A stretch of 63,793 nt of DNA, the filler included, from Octopus bimaculoides (Eukaryota), in assembly GCF_001194135.2 (NCBI RefSeq). It is 6 parts of 6 records of this genome, joined end to end, with 100 filler letters (N's around TTAATTAATTAA, not from the genome) between each part and the next. Parts side by side here need not be neighbours in the genome. Positions count along the whole stretch, not along the records: positions 12,489 to 24,825 come from NC_068991.1; positions 24,926 to 54,806 come from NC_068993.1; 4 more parts are not named here. One strand, given 5' to 3'. Below are positions 22,886-36,312 of the stretch, piece by piece. Position 1 is the stretch's first letter. Every line of letters begins with the position of its first letter. The translations under genes and the position numbers were made by a program. The notes under the pieces are model-generated. The model did no database searches, was not told the DNA's origin, and worked only from the letters and a program-made list of their open reading frames with translations.

Positions 22886-24779
22886 AACGATATATATATA
22901 TATATATATATANNNNNNNNNNNNNNNNNNNNNNNNNNNNNNNNNNNNNNNNNNNNNNNNNNNNNNNNNNNNNNNNNNNNNNNNNNNNNNNNNNNNNNNN
23001 NNNNNNNNNNNNNNNNNNNNNNNNNNNNNNNNNNNNNNNNNNNNNNNNNNNNNNNNNNNNNNNNNNNNNNNNNNNNNNNNNNNNNNNNNNNNNNNNNNNN
23101 NNNNNNNNNNNNNNNNNNNNNNNNNNNNNNNNNNNNNNNNNNNNNNNNNNNNNNNNNNNNNNNNNNNNNNNNNNNNNNNNNNNNNNNNNNNNNNNNNNNN
23201 NNNNNNNNNNNNNNNNNNNNNNNNNNNNNNNNNNNNNNNNNNNNNNNNNNNNNNNNNNNNNNNNNNNNNNNNNNNNNNNNNNNNNNNNNNNNNNNNNNNN
23301 NNNNNNNNNNNNNNNNNNNNNNNNNNNNNNNNNNNNNNNNNNNNNNNNNNNNNNNNNNNNNNNNNNNNNNNNNNNNNNNNNNNNNNNNNNNNNNNNNNNN
23401 NNNNNNNNNNNNNNNNNNNNNNNNNNNNNNNNNNNNNNNNNNNNNNNNNNNNNNNNNNNNNNNNNNNNNNNNNNNNNNNNNNNNNNNNNNNNNNNNNNNN
23501 NNNNNNNNNNNNNNNNNNNNNNNNNNNNNNNNNNNNNNNNNNNNNNNNNNNNNNNNNNNNNNNNNNNNNNNNNNNNNNNNNNNNNNNNNNNNNNNNNNNN
23601 NNNNNNNNNNNNNNNNNNNNNNNNNNNNNNNNNNNNNNNNNNNNNNNNNNNNNNNNNNNNNNNNNNNNNNNNNNNNNNNNNNNNNNNNNNNNNNNNNNNN
23701 NNNNNNNNNNNNNNNNNNNNNNNNNNNNNNNNNNNNNNNNNNNNNNNNNNNNNNNNNNNNNNNNNNNNNNNNNNNNNNNTATATATATATATATATATAT
23801 ATATTAAGCGTGTTTTGTTCGTGTTTTTATTTCATTGCATGTAAGTACGCACATGAGTAAGACACTGCAGTTTTTTTTGTTATATTTTACATGTGTGTGT
23901 GTATACACACGCACGCATACATACACACAGTTGTTGTCCGATTGTCCGACGGTTCTTTGAACTTGCACGCAGTAGCATATTGATTTAAGCGACATTTGGT
24001 TTTTAGTTCTAGCGTGTCCAACGAACACGCAGAGAATCACTCGCTGACAAGGTGTATATTTTAAAAAGATAGAAATAAAACGAAAGAAAAAAAAAGTACA
24101 TGAAAATTCCCTAAAGTCACAGTGACCTAAATCGTACAGATAGCTAGACACTATCACTCGAATATAACAATGCAAAAAAGTTGGTTCACACAATCATGAT
24201 GTCGCCCCAACTTTCAAGATGGTGTCCTGTTCATTTATATATTGATGTATTTGTATAATGTCCAATCAAAATAACGATTTTTTTTTAATGTATTTATTGT
24301 ATTCGTAATGCCTGACTTCTTAATCACACAAAAACATCGTTTTGTGTGTTATTACAATCAGTCAAAACCTGGAGTACCATATGTTTATTGTATTTGAAAA
24401 AATATCTAATTAAAATAGATATACTAGTAAAAAGAAGGATAAAATGGAAAATGGTCTTTAGTTTCATTTATACAAGCATAAAATAACACCCACAAGTATG
24501 CACACATACACTTCACATATTTAAGCAAAATTTACATATATCTCTAAATAAATAGGTGTTACATAACTATGCATACACACACAAACATGTGCAAGCACGA
24601 TACGTGAGAAGTCTGCGAAACTGTTAGTCGTATACAGCCGAATCAAACTTTTAAATAATAATACATTTAGCTCCTACTAAATGCGTTGAATGACTTTTTC
24701 TTTCATTTGTTAACACTCTCGTATCATATATACATGTAAGTATGTATGTATGTATGTATGTATGCATGTCTATGTATGA

Positions 24780-24825
<46 letters not shown>

Positions 24826-24925
24826 NNNNNNNNNNNNNNNNNNNNNNNNNNNNNNNNNNNNNNNNNNNNTTAATTAATTAANNNNNNNNNNNNNNNNNNN
24901 NNNNNNNNNNNNNNNNNNNNNNNNN
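24826..24925. other. Artificial scaffold linker
   Basis: 44 N + TTAATTAATTAA + 44 N. Confidence 0.95.
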
Positions 24926-25239
24926 ATGTGGTGCATAAATTGTCAAGTAAATGAGACGCATCTTTGCCTCCACTGATTCACTTGCAAAGTGTTGAGTAAA
25001 ATTATTTCGTTGCAGACCTCCTTTGGGTCTTTTTATTATCACTGCGACACACATAGTCCCCAGTTGGTAACATTGATTTCAAGGCCCTCCTAGATGAGAG
25101 ACTGGCATTCCACTTAATGTCTATGTTTCATGCTGGCATGGATTGGAGAGTTATTAATGTAGAAATATGGTATCGTAGCTACTAACAGTTGAGGGTTGCG
25201 TAGTCTAGACGGCGTTTTTAGATTTCATTATTCTCTTTA

Positions 25240-25268
25240 ACCCGGGCAAAGCCGGGTATTTCTGCTAG
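25240..25268 (+). mobile_element. Helitron-like 3' terminus
   Basis: Hairpin acccgg-gcaaag-ccgggt, then atttctg CTAG|T; 5' end not found. Confidence 0.6.
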
Positions 25269-25875
25269 TATATATATATATATATGTGTGTATGTATGTA
25301 GATATCTATGTGTGTGTGTGTCTTTGTGTCTATGTTTGGCGGGTTTATGTCTCCGTAACTTAGCGGTTCAGCATAAGAGACCAACAGAATAAGTAACAGG
25401 TTGAAAAAAGAAAGTTCTGGGGTCGATTCATTCGACTAAAACCCTTTAAGACTGTGCCCCAGCATGGCCACAGTCAAATGACTGAGACAAACGGTAAACG
25501 TTAAATACATTTTAGATGGCGTACGTTAGGGTTATATCAGAATTTATTATAAAAAAATTTCGAAATTCCCACGCCATTTGTTTGTTTCCTCACAACTTTC
25601 CAAAAACTGGATACTTTATAATAGGATTTAGTACAAAGACATTTCAGATGGTGTAGATTGCGATTATGTCGGACTTTGATGTGATTAAAATAAAGAAAAA
25701 AAAAATGGGGTTGGGTTGGTTAAATCACTCACCTTGACTTTTGTTTCCTCATACGTTTTCACGAGGTGAGTGAAGTATCCGCCCCTCTCACCCAATGTTT
25801 TTGCCCCTTCAAATTCTGATATAATTGTAATCTACAACATCTGTAGATTATGTGAGTGCATGATCCTAACCATTA

Positions 25876-25985
25876 AGCGCGTGGCCTAGTGGTTAGGGTG
25901 TTGCACTCACGATCGCCAGACCGTGGGTTCGATTTCTGGACTGGGTGGTGTCTTCGGCAAAACAATTCATTTCACATTGTAGGAA
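25876..25985 (+). mobile_element. tRNA-derived SINE head
   Basis: gcgcgtggcctagtggttagggtgttgcactcacgatcgccagaccgtgggttcgatttc. Confidence 0.75.
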
Positions 25986-25999
25986 ATGGCACAAGGCCA

Positions 26000-26184
26000 G
26001 CAGTTTTTTAGGGGCGAGGGTACGTTGATAACATCCACCCCAGTACTCAACTGGTACTTATTGTGTTGACCCTGAAAGGATGTAAGGCAAAGTCAACCTC
26101 GGCGGCATTTGAACAACGTCAAGGCAGACGAAATGCCACTAAGCATTTTGCCTAGGATGCTAACGATTCTACCAGCTTGCTGCC

Positions 26185-26224
<40 letters not shown>

Positions 26225-26908
26225 CCTTTCTACTATAGGCACAAGGCATGAACTTTTTGAGAAGAGGATTAGTCGATTTTATTGACCCCAATGTTTCAAT
26301 AGTACTTAATAATAATAAGGGTACTCAGAGAGCGTAAACCTTTGCCAAAGCAACACCAACATCCTCTCAATGATTAACCAGAGATGAATTTTAAAATGAG
26401 AATATCTGAAATAAACTCAACTGCTCTCACAAACGGGAATACTAAAAATGAACCTGACCACTCTCAGAAAAAAAAAAAAAAATAAAACAGAAAAATAATC
26501 AAGAATCCTTGTCCGCTACTGGATCAATCTCAAAATCTAATCAGTTCATGCTTGTCATGAGGCCAAATATCTGTGAAAGTTTCATCCGAATCCATCCAGC
26601 GGTTCTTGAGATATCTTGTCCATGCACAAACAAACGCAACTGAAACAATACCTCCACCTTTGCTAAGGTGGAGGGAATAATAATAATAATCTTTTCTACA
26701 ATAGGCACAAGGCTTGAAATTTTGGGGAGAAGGGGTCTAGTCAATTACATACACTCCAGTGTTTCACTGGTACTTAATTTATTGACCCTGAAAGGATGAA
26801 AGGCAAAGTCGACCCCAGCAGAATTTGAACTCAGAATATAGTGGCAGACGAAATACTGCTAAAGCATTTCACCCAGCTTGTTAACAATTCTGCAAGCTCG
26901 CCGCCTTT
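26000..26908 (-). mobile_element. Cluster of three co-oriented family C SINE copies separated by (TAA)n
   Basis: Copies at ~26000-26185, 26222-26312 and 26690-26908. Confidence 0.85.
26319..26676 (+). mobile_element. Non-autonomous Helentron/HINE-like element
   Basis: 3' perfect hairpin cctccacctt-tgct-aaggtggagg (26651-26674); second copy inverted at 46370-46680; sits in (TAA)n. Confidence 0.55.
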
Positions 26909-26927
26909 AATAATAATAATAATAATG

Positions 26928-26959
<32 letters not shown>

Positions 26960-27377
26960 AATAATAATAATGATAATAATAATAATGATAATGATAATAA
27001 TAATAATAATTAAAAATAATAAAAATTAAAAATAAACAAATGGATTTATTTTGTTCACTTNNNNNNNNNNNNNNNNNNNNNNNNNNNNNNNNNNNNNNNN
27101 NNNNNNNNNNNNNNNNNNNNNNNNNNNNNNNNNNNNNNNNNNNNNNNNNNNNNNNNNNNNNNNNNNNNNNNNNNNNNNNNNNNNNNNNNNNNNNNNNNNN
27201 NNNNNNNNNNNNNNNNNNNNNNNNNNNNNNNNNNNNNNNNNNNNNNNNNNNNNNNNNNNNNNNNNNNNNNNNNNNNNNNNNNNNNNNNNNNNNNNNNNNN
27301 NNNNNNNNNNNNNNNNNNNNNNNNNNNNNNNNNNNNNNNNNNNNNNNNNNNNNNNNNNNNNNNNNTTTTTTTCTGGT

Positions 27378-27462
27378 TTACTATAACCTTGGGCCGACCA
27401 AAGCCTTGTGAGTGGATTTGGTAGACGGAAACTGAAAGAAGCCTGTCGTATATGTGTATATG

Positions 27463-27503
<41 letters not shown>

Positions 27504-27705
27504 TTGTTTGTGTGTCTGTGTTTGTCCCTCCAACATCGCTTGACAACCGATGCTGGTGTGTTTACATCCCCGTAATCTAGCGGTTCGGCAAAAAGAGACC
27601 AATAGAATAAGTACTAGGCTTACAATGAATAAGTCCTGTGGTAGATTTGCTCGACTAAAGGCGGTGCTCCAGCATGGCCGCTGTCAAATGACTGAAACAA
27701 GTGAA
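27378..27705 (+). mobile_element. SINE family A, CpG-retaining copy
   Basis: gggccgaccaaagcc...gcggttcggcaaaaagagacc...ggcggtgctccagcatggccg. Confidence 0.9.
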
Positions 27706-28193
27706 TGAGTAAATGACTAGGGTAAAACATAATTTAATATCTTGGTTTGATACAATTACAGGCGGTGCACCAGCATGGCCACAAGCCCAATGATTGACAA
27801 CTGAAAGCAGCAAAGGAATAACAAGTTAGGCACTTCCAAATACATAACAACAAAAGTACACCAGCCCTACGTGCAGGCGATATGGTTAAAAATATCCGTA
27901 ATTATTATAGCTGTTTATTCCAGAGTTGGTTTCCGGACATATCAACGTTTCTATATCTGGTCCACCGTAATTACCACATACAACAATATCTCACATTTTT
28001 GATGAAACTTTCTCATTGATTTCTCTCTCTCTATCTCTCTCTCTCTCTCCCCCTCCCTCTCCCCCCTCTCACTCATATCAATTGCAGTAAACCCACACAG
28101 TTTGTTTAGATCCTACATCAGCTTTTGTAGTTGCCGATGTTGTTGCTGTTGTCATCGTCATCTGTTTGTGTCAAAAATGGCAAACGTGAAGCA

Positions 28194-28196
<3 letters not shown>

Positions 28197-28259
<63 letters not shown>

Positions 28260-28446
28260 GTGTGTGTGTGTGTGTGTATGTATGTATATAGATTATGAGC
28301 ATCCATAATTATATGTAATGTCTATATACATACATATACACACACACATACATACGCATAATAAACATGTTTTTAAAGATACATAAATATATACATATGT
28401 ATACATACATGATTATATATATATGCACATATATATATGCACTTAT

Positions 28447-28480
<34 letters not shown>

Positions 28481-28690
28481 GCATATGCACACATACATAC
28501 ATTATATATGTATATATCTATATATATATGCACATACATACATACAGAAAAGTTTCAATTGTGTGAATGTGTGTGTATGTATACACACACACATATATAT
28601 ATATAGAGACATATTTATATGCACCCACATATATACATACATATTCACACAAACATACACACACATATGTAGAGAGAAAGAGAGGGGAGG
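28197..28690. repeat. (TA)/(CA)/(TACA) microsatellite mosaic
   Basis: Direct reading. Confidence 0.95.
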
Positions 28691-29010
28691 GGAGGGGAAG
28701 ACAGATAGATAGAAACTGACAGAAAGAGACTCATGTATAAATGCAAGAATGTAAACACATATATATGTAATAACCTTTTCGAAAGTTCTTTACGTAACAA
28801 ACGGAAAGCATAATTTATATCCAATGCAGACAATTTCCTTTGCCAGCGAAACACCCTCCTCTTCCACCTACTCAATAGATACCACATCATTCTACCACTC
28901 TAAGCTCTCTCCCTCCTACCTACAAAACAGTGACAAGCTTCAAGCCCAGCCTTGCTGGATTTCATCATGAGCTTCCTGAGTAATTAAGATTCTCCAGTGA
29001 TAATATTTAT

Positions 29011-29094
29011 CTCCAGTTACCTTAGATTGCCACTACAAGCCTCCGTCGGAAGCTCCAGTTACCTTAGATTGTCACTACAAGTCTCCGTTGGAAG
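29011..29094. repeat. 42-bp tandem duplication
   Basis: ctccagttaccttagattgccactacaagcctccgtcggaag x2, three C/T differences. Confidence 0.95.
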
Positions 29095-29514
29095 CTAAGC
29101 ATGTTTTCTCAGTTATAATGAAAGCAACCTGTCTAGGAAGTTGGACACACTGAAAAAAACTCAACAATATACGAAAACGTTTCTGCCCTTATCATACTGA
29201 GAAGATGCAGCAAAAGAAACTTGTCTAAGGGGTTCACAATCTTCATCATCATTATCATCATCACTGTCATTGTTTCGAAGCGTACTTTTTCATGCTTGTA
29301 TGGCTCAAACAGAATTTGTTGGAGCAGATTTTCTACAGCTTGGATACCCTTCCTGTTGCCAAGCCTCACTTGTTTCCAAGCACGGTAATATTTACCTATG
29401 GACAGAGAAGATTTTTCACAGAAGATTGGAAATGAATGACATTGCATGCGTAGCAGTGTTACTCATTTATAACACTCATGTAATGTCAAAACAAGCAAAA
29501 CACACACACAGACA

Positions 29515-29672
29515 CAAGGGAGCACTGAAAAGTTCCTGCCTTTAAGGGCATTGTGAAAGGCCTGGTTGGAGGCCCAACTTTCTGAGTTCATTTAAAAGGC
29601 TTAGAAAAACCGAAGAACCACTGCAATAAGTGTATGAATCTGAGACGGGGCTTCATTGAATAAAATCATAAC
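29515..29672 (+). mobile_element. Mariner-derived MITE, right end missing
   Basis: caagggagcactgaaaagttcctg...; paralog of 40459-40670. Confidence 0.7.
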
Positions 29673-29787
29673 TTGCTTCTCTACCATTTGGTTTCAGGTT
29701 CAGTCCCACTGTGCAGCACTTGGGGCAAGTGTCTCCTACTATAGGTCTGGGCTGACTGAAGCCTAGTAAGTGGATTTGGTAGAAAAA

Positions 29788-30120
29788 GATGTGGTTGTAT
29801 GGTAAGAAGCTTACTTCCCAACTACATGGTTTCAGTTTCAGTCCCTCTGCGTGACACCTTGGGCAAGTGTCTTCTGCTATAGCCTCAGGCTAATGAAAGC
29901 CTTGTGAGTGGATTCGGTAGACGGAAACTGAAAGAAGCCTGTCATGTATGTATGTATATACGTATATATATTTATGTGTGTGTGTCTTTGTGTCTGCACT
30001 TTTACCCACCATCACCGCTTGACAATTAATGGTGTGTTTACTTCCCCATAACTTAGCAGTTCAGCAAAAGAGACCAATAAAATAAGTACCAGGCTTTAAA
30101 AAAAAAAGGTAAGTCCCAGG
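29788..30120 (+). mobile_element. SINE family A (partial extra head at 29690-29775)
   Basis: Head, microsatellite and tail. Confidence 0.85.
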
Positions 30121-30616
30121 GTGAGACTATACTGTTTAATGTGTCCTTTTTTGTTTTAAGACAACAGGGTATGATCGGATGGAAAATTTAGCTGCTGTTT
30201 CTAGCAAGTCAAGCGAATGCATTGAGCAGGTGTAGAGGAGCCCTTTTACCACTGAGTGAAATTGCATCCACATTCATGTTTGAAAACGTCCCTGCTTACA
30301 AAGACCCAATGAAGCCATAAAAATATAAGGGACAATTTCAAGTGACATTGTAAAGTTAAAAGATTCATTATTTTTTCTTGGTACAGATGCACTCCCAAAA
30401 GTTCATATGTACTTGTAGTTCACTCCTGGTACTAAAGAGGTCCCAACTCCCGCTGGTTGTGGTGCTTTCACACTGGCTAATAGCAGCAGCAGCTGGAGTA
30501 ATTGTTTAACTTCAGATCAGCTCTGATCAAGAAGACCTCAATTAAAGTGTTCCAACCATGATCATCTCTATTCATTTTCAGACAAAATATCCAGGAAATA
30601 AAATTATCCAAAATGT

Positions 30617-30935
30617 GAAGGCATGTGGCTTAGTGCTTAGGGTATTCAGCTCATGGTTGTAAGGTCTTGAGTTCAATTCCTGGTAGCACATTGTGCCCTT
30701 GAGCAAGACACTTTATTTCACTTTGCTCCAGTCCACTCACCTGGCAAAAGAGAGTAGTACCTGTAATTCAAAGGGCCAGCCTTGTCACAATCTGTGTCAT
30801 ACTGAATCTCCTTCTGAACTACATTAAAGGTATGTGTGTCTGTGGAGAACTCGGCCACTTGCAGCACACTAATTTCATGAGCAGGCTGTTCCGTTGATTG
30901 GATCAACTGGAGCCCTCATTGTCATAACTGACAGA
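30617..30935 (+). mobile_element. SINE related to family E (shared 3' half)
   Basis: ggcatgtggcttagtg...cccttgagcaagacactttatttcac...cagccttgtcac...gagcaggctgttccgttgattggatcaactgg. Confidence 0.85.
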
Positions 30936-31482
30936 ATACCAGTGGGACTGAACTCAGAACCATGTGGTTGGGAAAGAAAACTTCTCACCACACAGCCATG
31001 CTTATCTTTGACTTTGCCTTTCATCCTTTTGGGGTTGATNNNNNNNNNNNNNNNNNNNNNNNNNNNNNNNNNNNNNNNNNNNNNNNNNNNNNNNNNNNNN
31101 NNNNNNNNNNNNNNNNNNNNNNNNNNNNNNNNNNNNNNNNNNNNNNNNNNNNNNNNNNNNNNNNNNNNNNNNNNNNNNNNNNNNNNNNNNNNNNNNNNNN
31201 NNNNNNNNNNNNNNNNNNNNNNNNNNNNNNNNNNNNNNNNNNNNNNNNNNNNNNNNNNNNNNNNNNNNNNNNNNNNNNNNNNNNNNNNNNNNNNNNNNNN
31301 NNNNNNNNNNNNNNNNNNNNNNNNNNNNNNNNNNNNNNNNNNNNNNNNNNNNNNNNNNNNNNNNNNNNNNNNNNNNNNNNNNNNNNNNNNNNNNNNNNNN
31401 NNNNNNNNNNNNNNNNNNNNNNNNNNNNNNNNNNNNNNNNNNNNNNNNNNNNNNNNNNNNNNNNNNATATATATATATATAT

Positions 31483-31650
31483 ACGACAGGCTTCTTTCAG
31501 TTTCCGTCTACCAAATCCACTCACAAGGCTTTGGTCGGCCCGAGGCTATAGTAGAAGACACTTACCCAAGGTGCCACGCAGTGGGACTGAACCCGGAACC
31601 ATGTGGTTGGTAAACAAACTACTCACCACACAGCCACGCCTGCGCCTATA
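31483..31650 (-). mobile_element. SINE family A head, young copy
   Basis: CpGs intact: gtcggcccgagg, gccacgcagtgggactgaacccggaacc. Confidence 0.9.
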
Positions 31651-32304
31651 GTATTTATATGATTAATTTTACTAGGAATTGTATAGAAAAGGATAATCTT
31701 AAAATATTTTGTGTACTGTGGAAGTGTAACCAGTTTGTTGCACATAGATTTTAACAACAAAATCTTATGTGAACCCCAACTTGAGAATCACTGGTTTTGA
31801 CCAATCAAAGTCTTAATCATGGGTGTTGAGCCACTGGAACAAGGTAGATGAGGTNNNNNNNNNNGAGGATAAGCTTTCAGTGGTAGGAGTCAGAGGACAA
31901 AGAAAAGGGTGGTGGTGGGAGATAATGTTAGTAAGAAAGAGACAATGGACAAAGGCAAATAGAAAAGCAGGAGTGTGCAGAAGATGGATGGGAGAAGTTT
32001 ATAGGTGGTAGGAGGTGAACAACAGGCCTATGTTGGACAAAGGAAATGGCACAGAAGGTGGGGACAGTAGTAGTGGGAGGAAGAGGAGGAGTAGATCAGC
32101 TTGAGGTCAGTCTTGACTGATCCAAACTCTGATCAGAAGTGTTCCAGCCATGGCCATTCTGTTTAATTTTGAATATTGATCCAAGACCAACTCATTGTCC
32201 AATACATTGTGCTTCATTTTGAAACAAGAGGATGTGGATTGAGGGAGGACTGGGAGCTATTTCTAACAGGTTCTGTCATTGGTGCTCAAACAGCAGTAGC
32301 AGCA

Positions 32305-32345
<41 letters not shown>

Positions 32346-33227
32346 TGGGGTGGGAAGATGGGAGAGGAGGAGGAGGAGGAGGAGGAGGAGGAGGAAAAGT
32401 TGCTTTAGGCAGAGTAGGCAGTGAAAGGATACAGCAAGCAACAGAAACTCACACACACATTCCCTCTCTCTCTCTGTCACCCAGAGACCCTTTCNNNNNN
32501 NNNNNNNNNNNNNNNNNNNNNNNNNNNNNNNNNNNNNNNNNNNNNNNNNNNNNNNNNNNNNNNNNNNNNNNNNNNNNNNNNNNNNNNNNNNNNNNNNNNN
32601 NNNNNNNNNNNNNNNNNNNNNNNNNNNNNNNNNNNNNNNNNNNNNNNNNNNNNNNNNNNNNNNNNNNNNNNNNNNNNNNNNNNNNNNNNNNNNNNNNNNN
32701 NNNNNNNNNNNNNNNNNNNNNNNNNNNNNNNNNNNNNNNNNNNNNNNNNNNNNNNNNNNNNNNNNNNNNNNNNNNNNNNNNNNNNNNNNNNNNNNNNNNN
32801 NNNNNNNNNNNNNNNNNNNNNNNNNNNNNNNNNNNNNNNNNNNNNNNNNNNNNNNNNNNNNNNNNNNNNNNNNNNNNNNNNNNNNNNNNNNNNNNNNNNN
32901 NNNNNNNNNNNNNNNNNNNNNNNNNNNNNNNNNNNNNNNNNNNNNNNNNNNNNNNNNNNNNNNNNNNNNNNNNNNNNNNNNNNNNNNNNNNNNNNNNNNN
33001 NNNNNNNNNNNNNNNNNNNNNNNNNNNNNNNNNNNNNNNNNNNNNNNNNNNNNNNNNNNNNNNNNNNNNNNNNNNNNNNNNNNNNNNNNNNNNNNNNNNN
33101 NNNNNNNNNNNNNNNNNNNNNNNNNNNNNNNNNNNNNNNNNNNNNNNNNNNNNNNNNNNNNNNNNNNNNNNNNNNNNNNNNNNNNNNNNNNNNNNNNNNN
33201 NNNNNNNNNNNNNNNNNNNNNNATATA

Positions 33228-33392
33228 TATATTCTTTTATTTGTTTCAGACATTTGACTGTGGCTATGCTGGAGCACCACCTTTAGTTGAACAAATCGAT
33301 CCCAGGACTTGTTCTTTGTAAGCTTAGTACTTATTCTATCGCTCTATTTTTGCCGAACCGCTAAGTTACGGGAACGTAAACACACCACCATT
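33228..33392 (-). mobile_element. SINE family A tail
   Basis: Reverse complement of the family A tail. Confidence 0.8.
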
Positions 33393-34017
33393 AAGCTGTC
33401 ACCCCATCACGAAAGCATCCCTAAGTGCCTGCCAAATTTTACAGTTTGAGTTCTGCTCATCAGCAACTATGTTGTTGCTGATGATAGTGATGATGATGAT
33501 GGTGGTGGCGGTGGTGGTGGTGGTGATGCAATCATTACCCCTACTGCTGCTGTTGGTGACTAGGTGGAGTGAAGGGGGCTTAACGATGTAACACAAGTTT
33601 ACAAAATGGCAATTGTTATGAAACAGAATATTTAGGGGTTTAGGGCAAGAGAGAGAGAGGGTGGGAGGAAGGGGGGTTGTTATATTAACAAAACAGATGT
33701 ATCCTTGACCTACATGAACAAATAAGTAAATAAATGAATGAAAGGAAGAAGAAAAGAAAGCACACCTTTAAATTTGGAGGGATTTTGTGTGATTTCGTTA
33801 CCTCATTGGGATAAATTGAATAACAATCACACATCCCTGGGTTTTCATTTCAATCTATGTAACAAAGCAACAGAAGTATTTCTTATACTCCCCATCACCA
33901 CCACATATATATGTATGTTTATAAATGTGTGTGTGTGTGTGTGTATAGTGAGGGGGTGAAAGTAAACTAAGTTTTAAGTTCAGTATAGATAACACACAGT
34001 ATATATATATATATATT

Positions 34018-34184
34018 TTTAGCTGAAGAATGGACAAAAATTTCTTTCGAGACAATTCAAACTTTGTACATGTCCATACCTCATAGAATTCAAGCTGTAA
34101 TTACTGCCAAAAGCAGTCCTACCCCATATTATAATAAATTTGTCTGAAATTTTAAGGTGTTTCCATTATTTTGTCCAACCCGTG
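34018..34184 (+). mobile_element. Tc1 transposase C-terminus and right TIR
   Basis: LAEEWTKISFETIQTLYMSIPHRIQAVITAKSSPTPY*, then ggtgtttccattattttgtccaacccgtg-TA. Confidence 0.85.
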
Positions 34185-35175
34185 TATATATAATATATAT
34201 AATCTTTTACTTGTTTCAGTCATTTGACTGCAGCCAAGCTGGAGCACCGGCTTTATATATNNNNNNNNNNNNNNNNNNNNNNNNNNNNNNNNNNNNNNNN
34301 NNNNNNNNNNNNNNNNNNNNNNNNNNNNNNNNNNNNNNNNNNNNNNNNNNNNNNNNNNNNNNNNNNNNNNNNNNNNNNNNNNNNNNNNNNNNNNNNNNNN
34401 NNNNNNNNNNNNNNNNNNNNNNNNNNNNNNNNNNNNNNNNNNNNNNNNNNNNNNNNNNNNNNNNNNNNNNNNNNNNNNNNNNNNNNNNNNNNNNNNNNNN
34501 NNNNNNNNNNNNNNNNNNNNNNNNNNNNNNNNNNNNNNNNNNNNNNNNNNNNNNNNNNNNNNNNNNNNNNNNNNNNNNNNNNNNNNNNNNNNNNNNNNNN
34601 NNNNNNNNNNNNNNNNNNNNNNNNNNNNNNNNNNNNNNNNNNNNNNNNNNNNNNNNNNNNNNNNNNNNNNNNNNNNNNNNNNNNNNNNNNNNNNNNNNNN
34701 NNNNNNNNNNNNNNNNNNNNNNNNNNNNNNNNNNNNNNNNNNNNNNNNNNNNNNNNNNNNNNNNNNNNNNNNNNNNNNNNNNNNNNNNNNNNNNNNNNNN
34801 NNNNNNNNNNNNNNNNNNNNNNNNNNNNNNNNNNNNNNNNNNNNNNNNNNNNNNNNNNNNNNNNNNNNNNNNNNNNNNNNNNNNNNNNNNNNNNNNNNNN
34901 NNNNNNNNNNNNNNNNNNNNNNNNNNNNNNNNNNNNNNNNNNNNNNNNNNNNNNNNNNNNNNNNNNNNNNNNNNNNNNNNNNNNNNNNNNNNNNNNNNNN
35001 NNNNNNNNNNNNNNNNNNNNNNNNNNNNNNNNNNNNNNNNNNNNNNNNNNNNNNNNNNNNNNNNNNNNNNNNNNNNNNNNNNNNNNNNNNNNNNNNNNNN
35101 NNNNNNNNNNNNNNNNNNNNNNNNNNNNNNNNNNNNNNNNNNNNNNNNNNNNNNNNNNNNNNNNNNNNNNNNNNA

Positions 35176-35397
35176 CATAAAAGACACCATTTCGAGCGTG
35201 GCCGTTTTCGTGCGGGTGACACGTAAAAGCACCCACCACACTCTCTGAGTGGTTGGCGTTAGGAAGGGCATCCAGCTGTAGAAACTCTGCCAAATTAGAT
35301 TGGAGCCTGGTGTTGCCATCTGGTTTCACCAGTCCTCAGTCAAATCGTCCAACCCATGCTAGCATGGAAAGCGGACGTTAAACGATGATGATGATGA
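35176..35397 (+). mobile_element. Family D repeat, sense orientation
   Basis: Ends gcatggaaagcggacgttaaac(gat)n. Confidence 0.85.
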
Positions 35398-35415
35398 TAT
35401 ATATACATACATACA

Positions 35416-35453
<38 letters not shown>

Positions 35454-35479
35454 CCTATCTATCTATCTATCTATCTATA

Positions 35480-35900
35480 TACAATTTCATCAGCATCAAA
35501 TATTTACCTTAAAGAACAGGAACCTTCTTCAATAAACTTAGCTAATTATGACACAAATTCTTCAGCAATTTTCTTCTTGCTTGATCTACTTCCATGATAC
35601 ACTTCAATATTAAACAGAAAGTTCCGACTTCAATACTTTTAAACTCATCCCTTACTGCTTGAAAATACAGATGTAATTATCAAGATGTTTCATTTCCAAT
35701 GTGTATATGAATAAAAATTTAATGATTTTGGTTTATAGCAAAGCTGCCAGGAAATCTCACTTGGGTTTTGTCTTCTATCCAAAATTAGAGATCTTTTTAC
35801 ATTGTTTCCATAATGTTACAATATGTGTGTTTTGAACTTATTGAACATCCTGTTCTGGTCTTTTCCATTGTATCTCATACTTGTTCTGACATCTGCTTCA
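35480..35900 (-). pseudogene. Tigger/pogo-like transposase remnant
   Basis: KKIAEEFVS*LAKFIEEGSCSLR*IFDADE resembles pogo A.EF...L...I.EG.Y...QIFNADET. Confidence 0.55.
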
Positions 35901-36312
35901 TTTACATTAAAATGTTTTACAGTTTTTTGCAACCTTTCCTAATTTGAAGCCTGTTGTTTATGTGTGTGTGTGTGTGTGTATACATGAGTGTGTGTGTGTT
36001 CAAGTATATGTGTGTGAATGCTGATATTTCACTAGTAACCATTTGAGTGAAATGGTGAATATATTTACATACCTTGTTGACAATAAAAAAAAAAAGGAAG
36101 AGCATCCTGTCAGAAAATCAATTCTCATCCAAACCATGCTAGTATGGGAAATGACGATATATTAAAAGTGGTTAATAACACCAAACAATAGAGAACTCAA
36201 TACAAAAAAAAAAGCAGAGTTGAATAACCCTATTCAAATGCTGCATTTCCCATTGAAAACACTACAACTGTTAATTTTATTGTCTCGTGAGATCATCAGG
36301 AAACTATATTAA

